From Escherichia phage KEP4, in the sequence record PP047754: DNA of 64,000 nucleotides. One strand, 5' to 3'. Below are positions 56,488-64,000 of this stretch, piece by piece. Each line of letters begins with the position of its first letter. Positions within the stretch are counted from its first letter, which is position 1. The notes beneath the pieces were generated by a model. The model had not been told where the DNA came from and did not search any database. It worked only from the letters and a program-made list of their open reading frames with translations. The position numbers and the translations under genes were made by a program.

Positions 56488-58678
56488 TATAGAATATGCT
56501 CCGATAAAAACGGGGTTTAAAATCGACGACGTGAAATTGCGTATGGACCAGACGTTCATGCGCAAGCCTTCTGTGCGCGCTCCACGAGTCGAGTTGATGC
56601 TAACAGATGAACAAGAAGACGAATTTGTTGAATGTTCAATGGACGCGCATTACTTCGCTGCCAATTACTATAAGATAACGACAATCGATAAAGGCTTTAT
56701 CCTTTTCGATATGCATGATTATCAGAAACAATTATTTCACGATTTTCAAGATTATCGTTTCAATGCCGTTGTCCAGGCGCGTCAGTCCGGTAAATGCGTC
56801 CGTGGTGATACTCTTGTTTATGTCTATGATACAGTCAGTCAACAAGAGTTGCATCTCACCATAGAAGAGCTTCACAAGCGCTTCGAAGGACCGAACCATG
56901 CTGTGCCACTGAATACCATTGGCAACCACAATAAGTTTGTAGACAGCCGTTTCGGGAAACGATATTTTGTTGAGTCCGACACTGGCTGGGTTCCGGTTAT
57001 TGCCGCTCATAAAACGAAAGAATACGCTGAATACGTGGTCAGGACTGAAACCGGACGCACAATTCATGTCGCAGATGAGCACATGTTCTTCAATGAATAT
57101 GGGCGCGAAGTATTTGCTAAAGACATGGAGGCCGGAGATGCCATAATGACCCAGGAGGGAATAGAATTCATCTCTGAGATCTGGGAGACTGGTGAGTACC
57201 ACCACATGTATGACTTGCAAGTCAAGTCCAGCGATCAACGTTATTACACGAATGGGTTCCTCAGCCATAATACCACGGTCGTGGCTGCGTTTCTTCTTTG
57301 GTATGCGATGTTCCACTCAGACAAAGAAATCGCGGTACTGGCAAACAAAGAGAAACAAGCGATTGAAATTCTTGACCGTATCAGGAAGGCGTATCAGGAC
57401 CTCCCATTCTTCCTTCAGCAGGGTTGTGAGAAGTTTGGTTCTACACTGATAGAGTTTGAGAACGGCTCTAAGATATATGCTTATGCAACGTCTTCGGACT
57501 CTATTCGTGGTCGTTCTGTATCTCTCTTGTACGTGGACGAAGTCGCATTCATCGAAAATGACTTTGAATTTTGGGAATCAACATTCCCAGCGATCGCATC
57601 TGCTGATACTTCACGTTGTATTCTGACCAGTACTCCGAAAGGCCAGCGAGGGTTGTTCTATGATATCGTCACCAAAGCAGACCCGCGCCATCCGCAATAC
57701 AACGACTTCCATCTTACCGAAGTCCCTTGGTACAAGGTTCCGGCGTACACCAAAGACCCTGATTGGGAAACCAAACAACGCGCTCGTCTGGGGGATGCCC
57801 GTTTTGACCAGGAATTTGGAATCAAGTTCCGTGGTTCTGTAGGTTCATTGATACCAGCCAAATGCTTGGATAAAATGACATCCAAGTTATATCGAGAGCC
57901 TAATGAATTCACCAAAATTTACAAGGAATATGACCCGCAACGCATCTACTTCGGGATTGCAGATACGGGGAAAGGTGTTGAAGGAGATTATTCGGTTCTG
58001 ACAATTCTGGATATAACGGAATACCCGCATGTCATAGCGGCCAAGTACAGGAACAATACAATACCTCCGATGATGTATGCATACACGATAGCCGATATGT
58101 GTACTGAATACGGGGAATGCCCTGTCCTTGTAGAAACCAACAACGACGTTGGTGGACAGGTTATTACGATCTTGTATCAAGAAATTGAGTATCCAGAGAT
58201 CATATTCACGTCGACGGATAACAAAGGGACAGGGAAACGGATTGGTGGTCGTAAACCAGAGCCAGGCATTAACACCAACAGGAAAGTGCGATCTATTGGT
58301 TGTGCTAACCTGAAAGCGCTTATTGAGAAAGAAATGTTGGTGATTGAAGATCAAGACACGATAGATGAACTCAGCACATTCGTGTTCCGTGGTGCGCGTT
58401 ATGAAGCAGATGATGGATGTCACGACGACTGCGTTATGCCGTTGGTATTATATTCTTGGGCAGTTAAACAAGAATGGTTCAGTGATCTGACTTCTACCAG
58501 TATTTCTCAAGACATGAGAAATAGAATGTCTTCGACTGAGTCACAACAAGTATTCCCGTTTGGTGGTTTAGTCGTGGGAGACACTCCATCTGGAACTGAG
58601 CATCTCCCTGGGTTCGGTGGTGTTCAAGTCTTCGACGAACGTTCAGGGATGACCATGGATGAGTGGTTTAAGAATTGA
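56468..58678 (+). CDS. terminase large subunit (T4 gp17-like), interrupted by a mini-intein
   Basis: 736-aa ORF. Extein matches gp17 across the ATPase (...VVQARQSGK / TTVVAAFLLWYAMF...GSKIYAYATSSDSIRGRSVSLLYVDEVAFIEN); about 159 extra residues sit between the Lys and Thr of the Walker A GK[TS]. Confidence 0.9.
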   Translation: MAYQKRDIEYAPIKTGFKIDDVKLRMDQTFMRKPSVRAPRVELMLTDEQEDEFVECSMDAHYFAANYYKITTIDKGFILFDMHDYQKQLFHDFQDYRFNAVVQARQSGKCVRGDTLVYVYDTVSQQELHLTIEELHKRFEGPNHAVPLNTIGNHNKFVDSRFGKRYFVESDTGWVPVIAAHKTKEYAEYVVRTETGRTIHVADEHMFFNEYGREVFAKDMEAGDAIMTQEGIEFISEIWETGEYHHMYDLQVKSSDQRYYTNGFLSHNTTVVAAFLLWYAMFHSDKEIAVLANKEKQAIEILDRIRKAYQDLPFFLQQGCEKFGSTLIEFENGSKIYAYATSSDSIRGRSVSLLYVDEVAFIENDFEFWESTFPAIASADTSRCILTSTPKGQRGLFYDIVTKADPRHPQYNDFHLTEVPWYKVPAYTKDPDWETKQRARLGDARFDQEFGIKFRGSVGSLIPAKCLDKMTSKLYREPNEFTKIYKEYDPQRIYFGIADTGKGVEGDYSVLTILDITEYPHVIAAKYRNNTIPPMMYAYTIADMCTEYGECPVLVETNNDVGGQVITILYQEIEYPEIIFTSTDNKGTGKRIGGRKPEPGINTNRKVRSIGCANLKALIEKEMLVIEDQDTIDELSTFVFRGARYEADDGCHDDCVMPLVLYSWAVKQEWFSDLTSTSISQDMRNRMSSTESQQVFPFGGLVVGDTPSGTEHLPGFGGVQVFDERSGMTMDEWFKN
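56795..57271 (+). mobile_element. mini-intein (Hint domain, no endonuclease domain) inside TerL
   Basis: In-frame 477-nt insert starting with Cys (CVRGDTLVYVYD...) and ending ...HHMYDLQVKSSDQRYYTNGFLSHN followed by Thr; block F/G-like ends and a TxxH-like block B (RTIHVADEH). Confidence 0.8.
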
Positions 58679-58730
58679 TCACTAAATATCTTTCAAATTG
58701 AGCGAAACTCTACCGAGAAGGAATGATATT

Positions 58731-60626
58731 ATGGCAACTCAAAGCTTCAGCGTTGCGCCGTCCGTTCAGTGGACTGAGCGTGATGCCACGCTTCAGACGT
58801 CCCCGTCCGTTGTTGTTCAGGGCGCGACCGTCGGCAAATTTCAATGGGGTGAAGTTGAACTTCCAGTGCTGGTGACTGGTGGTGAGACAGGTTTGGTGAA
58901 GAAATTCTTCAAACCCAACGACAGCACCGCGACCGATTTTCTCGTAATCGCGGACTTTTTGTCTTACAGCTCTATGGCATGGGTGACCCGTGTTGTTGGT
59001 CCTCTGGCCAAGAACTCTGTTACCAAAGGTCAGACAGCGATTGCGATCAAAAACAAACTGGATTTTGAAACAGCAAGTCCTTCGGCGTCCATCACTTGGA
59101 CTGGTCGTTATCCAGGTTCCCTGGGTAATGATATTGCTATCAATGTTTGTGATGCTGCTGGGTTCTCAACTTGGGAATTCCGTAATAACTTTGCATACGC
59201 ACCTCAGTCTGGTGAATTCCATGTAGTTGTCGTAGACAAAGTTGGTCGCATTACCGACTCTGCTGGCGCGGTCGGTCAGGTTGACCGTATCTCCGTTTCT
59301 GGTACGGCTACTGCTGCTGGCACCATCAGTGTGGCAGGTGAAGATATCGCATATCTGGATACTGATACTCCAGCCGATTTGGCAACCAAAATCGGCACAG
59401 CGCTAACTTCCCTGACAAGTGTTTATTCTTCTGTTGTCGTGAAGTCCAACACTGTCATCGTGACACATAAAGCTATCGGTCCTCAGGCCGTTACAGCTAT
59501 CGTTCCTGATGATAAAGGACTGACTGCAACAGCCGTAATCACTACTGTTGGCGCTTCTGGTTCCATCATTGAAAAATACGAACTGATGCAGAACACCCAG
59601 GGTTCTAAAAAATCCGATGGCGCGAATGCGTACTTCAAAGACGTGATCAACGATACTTCAAATTGGGTGTATACCTTCGCGAGCGAACTGGTTGCAGGTG
59701 TCGTTGAATTAGAAGGCGGCGTAGACGATTATAACATCAACCGCGTGGCAGCTATCCAAGTCTTGAACAATGCTGAAGCATATGATGCGAAGCCAGTATT
59801 TGCGTACTGTGAAGAACTGATTGAGCAACAAGCATTGATCGACTTATCTACTGAGCGAAAAGATACTGTATCTTTCGTATCCCCGCTCCGTGATACGGTT
59901 GTTGGCAACCGTGGTCGTGAAATGGATGATGTCGTTGCTTGGCGTGAAAGTCTGGTGCGCGACTCCTCCTATTTCTTCATGGACGACAACTGGGCATACG
60001 TGTACGATAAATACAACGATAAGATGCGTTGGATTCCGGCTTGTGGCGGCACCGCAGGTGTTTGGGCGCGAAGCATTGAAATCGCGGGTATCTACAAATC
60101 TCCGGCGTTCCACAACCGTGGTAAATACAACAACTATAATCGAATGGCGTGGTCTGCGTCTTCTGATGAACGTGCTGTGTTGTACCGCAATCAGATCAAC
60201 AGCATCGTAACCTTCTCCAATGAAGGCATCGTCCTGTATGGTGACAAAACTGGCCTGACCCGCCCGTCGGCGTTTGACCGCATCAACGTTCGTGGTCTGT
60301 TCATCATGGCTGAGCAGAACATCGCCGCAATCGCCAAATACTATCTTGGTGAGAACAATGACGCGTTTACACGTGGTCTGTTCAGCAATGCGGTTCGTCC
60401 ATATATTCGCCAGCTGGCGAATATGGGCGCGATTTACGATGGTAAAGTCAAGTGTGATGAAGATAACAACACTGCTGATGTCATTGCGGCAAACCAAATG
60501 GTTGCTGGTATCTGGTTGAAACCGGAATACAGCATAAATTGGGTGTATCTTGACTTTGCTGCAGTTCGACCAGATATGGAGTTCAGCGAAATCGAATCCG
60601 GTGGCGGCATCGTTGCTGCTTCATAA
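58731..60626 (+). CDS. tail sheath protein (T4 gp18-like)
   Basis: ORF 58698..60626; start placed at MATQSFSV... N-terminal GKFQWG and C-terminal DKYNDKMRWIP...VLYGDKTGLTRPSAFDRINVRGLF match the gp18 signatures. Confidence 0.9.
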   Translation: MATQSFSVAPSVQWTERDATLQTSPSVVVQGATVGKFQWGEVELPVLVTGGETGLVKKFFKPNDSTATDFLVIADFLSYSSMAWVTRVVGPLAKNSVTKGQTAIAIKNKLDFETASPSASITWTGRYPGSLGNDIAINVCDAAGFSTWEFRNNFAYAPQSGEFHVVVVDKVGRITDSAGAVGQVDRISVSGTATAAGTISVAGEDIAYLDTDTPADLATKIGTALTSLTSVYSSVVVKSNTVIVTHKAIGPQAVTAIVPDDKGLTATAVITTVGASGSIIEKYELMQNTQGSKKSDGANAYFKDVINDTSNWVYTFASELVAGVVELEGGVDDYNINRVAAIQVLNNAEAYDAKPVFAYCEELIEQQALIDLSTERKDTVSFVSPLRDTVVGNRGREMDDVVAWRESLVRDSSYFFMDDNWAYVYDKYNDKMRWIPACGGTAGVWARSIEIAGIYKSPAFHNRGKYNNYNRMAWSASSDERAVLYRNQINSIVTFSNEGIVLYGDKTGLTRPSAFDRINVRGLFIMAEQNIAAIAKYYLGENNDAFTRGLFSNAVRPYIRQLANMGAIYDGKVKCDEDNNTADVIAANQMVAGIWLKPEYSINWVYLDFAAVRPDMEFSEIESGGGIVAAS

Positions 60627-60634
60627 AATGACCA

Positions 60635-60660
60635 ACCCCGCTTCGGCGGGGTTTTCCTTT
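60635..60660 (+). terminator. rho-independent terminator (UUCG tetraloop)
   Basis: ACCCCGC-TTCG-GCGGGGT followed by TTTCCTTTG, directly after the sheath stop. Confidence 0.7.
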
Positions 60661-60683
60661 GTCTTATTGATTTGAGTTATTGA

Positions 60684-61142
60684 ATGATATACGCATACAA
60701 AATTGAAACGATAACTAATGGAAAGGTCTACATCGGTGTGACCAATCACCCACAACGAAGATATGATCAGCATTTTGCGAATGCTTTTCATCATGGAGTC
60801 CAAAGTGAATTGTATGATGCCATGCGTAAGTATGGAACATCTGGATTTACTTTCGTTGTAATTGCTCAGACCGATGAAGTCCATAAATGGGAATTAGAGA
60901 AGCAACTCATCGCTCAATATAATTCTTATGAGATGGGTTACAACATGAATAAAGGCGGTAATGATGGAAGTCATATGCTGGGTAAAACTGCAGCAAAATT
61001 GACATCTACAGGTGAACACATTGGTCTTGTTTCTCTCATAGATCCCCGTTGGGAATTGTGTGAAATCGAACCCGTTTTAAGCAATGTTGACCACGGATTT
61101 GATTTTTCTTCCATGAAGATTAAAAGATTGACGACTAATTAG
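60684..61142 (+). CDS. GIY-YIG family homing endonuclease (free-standing)
   Basis: 152-aa ORF; N-terminal IYAYKIETITNGKVYIGVT...RRYDQH is a GIY-YIG motif with the conserved Arg; inserted between the sheath and tube genes. Confidence 0.7.
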   Translation: MIYAYKIETITNGKVYIGVTNHPQRRYDQHFANAFHHGVQSELYDAMRKYGTSGFTFVVIAQTDEVHKWELEKQLIAQYNSYEMGYNMNKGGNDGSHMLGKTAAKLTSTGEHIGLVSLIDPRWELCEIEPVLSNVDHGFDFSSMKIKRLTTN

Positions 61143-61172
61143 AATTGTGTACTCTTATTTGGAGATATAAAA

Positions 61173-61706
61173 ATGGCGACAGTCAATGAGTTTCGCGCAG
61201 CCATGTCACGAGGGGGCGGCGTACAACGCCAACACCGCTGGCGTGTGACTGTAAACTTTCCTTCTTTTGTTGCTGGTTCCGACACAATTCGTGACGTGTC
61301 CTTGCTGGCTGTAACCACCAACACCCCAACAGGTCAGCTGGGCGAAATTCTGGTGCCCTGGGGTGGTCGTGAACTTCCGTTCCCAGGGGATCGTCGTTTC
61401 GAAGCGCTTCCTGTGACGTTCATTAACGTGGTGAACAACGCTCCATACAATGCTTTTGAAGTGTGGCAGCAATTCATCAACGGTAGTGAAAACAACCGCG
61501 CCAGCGCGAATCCAGATGATTATTTCCGTGATATCATCATGGAACTTCTGGACGCGAATGACAACGTGACTAAGACATGGACTTTGCAGGGTGGCTGGCC
61601 TCAAAACCTCGGCCAATTGGAACTCGATATGTCGGCAATGGACTCTTACACACAGTTCACTGTCGACTTGCGTTATTTCCAAGCCGTTTCTGACAAGTCA
61701 TTGTAA
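61173..61706 (+). CDS. tail tube protein (T4 gp19-like)
   Basis: 177-aa ORF; C-terminal GWPQNLGQLELDMSAMDSYTQFTVDLRYFQA matches the gp19 LWPTNVGELQLDWDS...FEVTLALDYWE pattern. Confidence 0.85.
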   Translation: MATVNEFRAAMSRGGGVQRQHRWRVTVNFPSFVAGSDTIRDVSLLAVTTNTPTGQLGEILVPWGGRELPFPGDRRFEALPVTFINVVNNAPYNAFEVWQQFINGSENNRASANPDDYFRDIIMELLDANDNVTKTWTLQGGWPQNLGQLELDMSAMDSYTQFTVDLRYFQAVSDKSL

Positions 61707-61773
61707 TGTCCTCGGTGCTGGGGGAATGTTATTCCCCCTCACTAATTACAAGAAAATGTTGAGGACTTAGATC

Positions 61774-63456
61774 ATGGCTGGATACGGCAGAGGGTTCTTC
61801 GGTTTGTTTGGCGGCGGCGGTTTAGTCAATGCCAAAGTCGACACCGATAAGTTAGCCCAAAAACAAGATGAATTGTTGCTCACCAAGGCGACAGTTGTTG
61901 CTCTGGACGATGCTCAAGACGGTTCTATAATCCTTCAGGGCGGTGCAAACACCTACAACTATGTTGGCGTTGAGAGTGAACTTCTCAGCGTTAAAACAGT
62001 TGTGGAAGAATATCAGTCCATGGCTCAACAGCCTGAAATTCGCAAAGCGGTGGACATTATTGTCAATGATGTTGTCACCTGTGAGGAAGATGAAACTCCA
62101 GTGACAGTAAACCTTGACAAAGTTGAAGGGATATCTGATACTGTTAAAGAATCTATCACCGAATGCTTCAAAGAAGTTATGCACTTGATGGACTTTGACA
62201 ATACAGCATATCAGAAGATCCGGAAATGGTATGTTGACGGTCGACAAGCATATCATGTCATCGTTGATCCCACGAATAAAAAAGGCGGGATCAAGAAATT
62301 GGTTATGCTTGATTCTCGTTGCATTCGTCCTGTCTATATCGTTGAGAAGGCGATGCGTGAAGGCGGTATTGAAGCAATAGAATCTGTAACATTGAAGTAT
62401 TATTACAACCCGAATTATAATCGAAACCAATTCACTGGCCAATCTGGTACTTCCCAGAACTTCCAGCCTTCACAGCAAGAACTCGTATTCGATGACGAAA
62501 GCATTGTTTACATCGATAGTGGTGAAGAGCCATTGGCCAATGGTATTGTCCCAGGCCTTTTAAATCCTGCTATCCGTCCGTTGAACAACCTGGTTACGAC
62601 TGAAGATGCGACTGTAATTTATGCCATCACTCGCGCCCCTGAGAAACGCGCATTCTATCTTGACGTCGGTACTCTCGGTAAGAAATCTGCTGAAGAATAC
62701 ATGACCATGATGATGGGTAAATTCAAAAACCGCAACGCATATGACCGCACCACTGGTAAGATAACAGGTAATGCCCATCTTATGGGTATTGCAGAGGATT
62801 ATTGGTTGCCGCGCCGCGAAGGTCAGAATGCTACAGAGATTGCGACTGTTGGGGGTGGGAATCAATTGGGCGAAATGGATCACGTGAACTATTTCCGTGA
62901 AAAACTCTATGATGCTCTAATGATCCCTAAGAGCCGCCTCCAAGAGGAAGGATCTATTAACATTGGGGGTTCTAACCTTGCGGAGATTACACAGGAAGAG
63001 CTGCGCTTCAGCAAGTTCTGTGCTGGGTTACGACGCCGTTACTCCCATTTCTTCATGGAATTCTTGCGCCGCCAGTTAATTTTGAAAGGCGTTACGGATG
63101 AAAAGGATTGGAATGAGAAGATCAAACCGTTTATAAAGTTTGAATTCACATCCGATAGTTACATTCGTGAACAACAAGAAAACGCTATCTTGAATGATCG
63201 TCTGGCTTCATTGAACACTGTTGAGCCATTTGTTGGTTCCATTTTCTCCATAGACTACGTCATGAGAAATGTATTGCGTATGTCTGATGAAGAAGTTAAA
63301 GAACAACAAACGAAGATCGCGGAAGAGAAAAAGAAAGGTCTCTATCCGAAGGTTCAAGCAGATGAAACTGGCAATTATAGCGGTTCAGATGTTAGTCCGT
63401 TGAAGTTTAAACCTGAGACTATCCCATTCTCCGGTTCAACAGACGATAGTATTTAA
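61774..63456 (+). CDS. portal vertex protein (T4 gp20-like)
   Basis: 560-aa ORF; RKWYVDGRQAYHVIVDP and VIYAITRAPEKRAFYLDVGTLGKKSAEEYM...EDYWLPRREGQ match conserved gp20 blocks. Confidence 0.85.
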   Translation: MAGYGRGFFGLFGGGGLVNAKVDTDKLAQKQDELLLTKATVVALDDAQDGSIILQGGANTYNYVGVESELLSVKTVVEEYQSMAQQPEIRKAVDIIVNDVVTCEEDETPVTVNLDKVEGISDTVKESITECFKEVMHLMDFDNTAYQKIRKWYVDGRQAYHVIVDPTNKKGGIKKLVMLDSRCIRPVYIVEKAMREGGIEAIESVTLKYYYNPNYNRNQFTGQSGTSQNFQPSQQELVFDDESIVYIDSGEEPLANGIVPGLLNPAIRPLNNLVTTEDATVIYAITRAPEKRAFYLDVGTLGKKSAEEYMTMMMGKFKNRNAYDRTTGKITGNAHLMGIAEDYWLPRREGQNATEIATVGGGNQLGEMDHVNYFREKLYDALMIPKSRLQEEGSINIGGSNLAEITQEELRFSKFCAGLRRRYSHFFMEFLRRQLILKGVTDEKDWNEKIKPFIKFEFTSDSYIREQQENAILNDRLASLNTVEPFVGSIFSIDYVMRNVLRMSDEEVKEQQTKIAEEKKKGLYPKVQADETGNYSGSDVSPLKFKPETIPFSGSTDDSI

Positions 63457-63497
63457 AGTTCAACTAAATATAGAAAATTAATTCGGAGATCAAAATC

Positions 63498-63668
63498 ATG
63501 AGCGCAATTGATATCGTTCGTGCAGTAATTGACGGTGACACTGAAACTGCTGTTGCAGAATGCAACATGGAACTTGATGCACGTAGTCAAGAACTATTAA
63601 ACCAAGGCACCGCATATGTTCTGGATTCTATCGCAGCTGATATGAATTCAAACAACAACGGCCAGTAA
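63498..63668 (+). CDS. small head-assembly protein (prohead core gp67-like by position)
   Basis: Hand-found 56-aa ORF with GGAG RBS (MSAIDIVRAVIDGDTETAVAECNMELDARSQELLNQGTAYVLDSIAADMNSNNNGQ), directly after the portal gene as gp67 is in T4. Confidence 0.4.
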   Translation: MSAIDIVRAVIDGDTETAVAECNMELDARSQELLNQGTAYVLDSIAADMNSNNNGQ

Positions 63669-63676
63669 GGAGATGC

Positions 63677-63994
63677 ATGATGGAAATCACAGAGATCGCC
63701 ACGTTCGCTGATTTCCTGGCCTCTCGTATGGACGAGCAGCGAGTCATCGATAAAGTGAACGCTCGTGGTAAACGCCGCCGCCGCTTGAAATGTGCCCCTG
63801 GGTTCAAATTGTCGGCTGATGGTTCACGTTGTGAAGTTATGGACGCCAGCGAACGTCGTGTTCGCAAGATCGGCAACCGCAAAGCCCTCCGCTCTAAAAA
63901 GCGTATGGGAATGGGCTATCAACGTAAAATCGAGCGCCGCAAGAAAAAGGCTATGAAGTTCCGCAAAATGATGGGACTGAGTAAGAACAAGTAA
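63677..63994 (+). CDS. basic prohead core/scaffold-like protein (gp68 position)
   Basis: 105-aa ORF with AAGGAG RBS; Lys/Arg-rich C-terminal half. Confidence 0.45.
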   Translation: MMEITEIATFADFLASRMDEQRVIDKVNARGKRRRRLKCAPGFKLSADGSRCEVMDASERRVRKIGNRKALRSKKRMGMGYQRKIERRKKKAMKFRKMMGLSKNK

Positions 63995-64000
63995 GGAGTT

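Noticed and set aside
1-64000. CRISPR array
   Set aside because: No regularly spaced direct repeats with unique spacers were seen; the repeated elements found are inverted repeats or isolated hairpins.

Overview
This window reads as a lytic, T4-type myovirus genome segment, most like an Ackermannviridae (ViI/CBA120-like) phage; that family assignment is an inference from gene content and order, not a database hit. Positions 1-27989 are a minus-strand early/replication module: a partial topoisomerase II ATPase subunit, rIIB, rIIA, a family-B DNA polymerase, a P-loop kinase, a HAD-type hydrolase, a PLP-dependent enzyme and many small unknown or membrane proteins, separated by GC-rich hairpin terminators. 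Positions ~28100-31500 are a non-coding island with three cleanly folding minus-strand tRNAs (Ser-GCT, Asn-GTT, Met-CAT), several tRNA-like fragments that do not fold, and a ~1.2 kb ORF-free stretch full of long perfect inverted repeats. Positions 33092-63994 are a plus-strand late/structural module in T4 order: gp6-like baseplate wedge, a repeat-rich fibre-like protein, four tandem beta-helix tailspikes, a 1612-aa structural protein, gp13/14/15-like neck and completion proteins, small and large terminase, tail sheath, tail tube and portal. The most notable points are a ~159-codon mini-intein splitting the large-terminase Walker A motif, a free-standing GIY-YIG endonuclease between the sheath and tube genes, a candidate DNA-base hypermodification gene set beside the polymerase, a recurring CTAAATAyC late-promoter-like motif, and the unusual structured tRNA island. 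All calls rest on reading the sequence and remembered family signatures; no searches were run.
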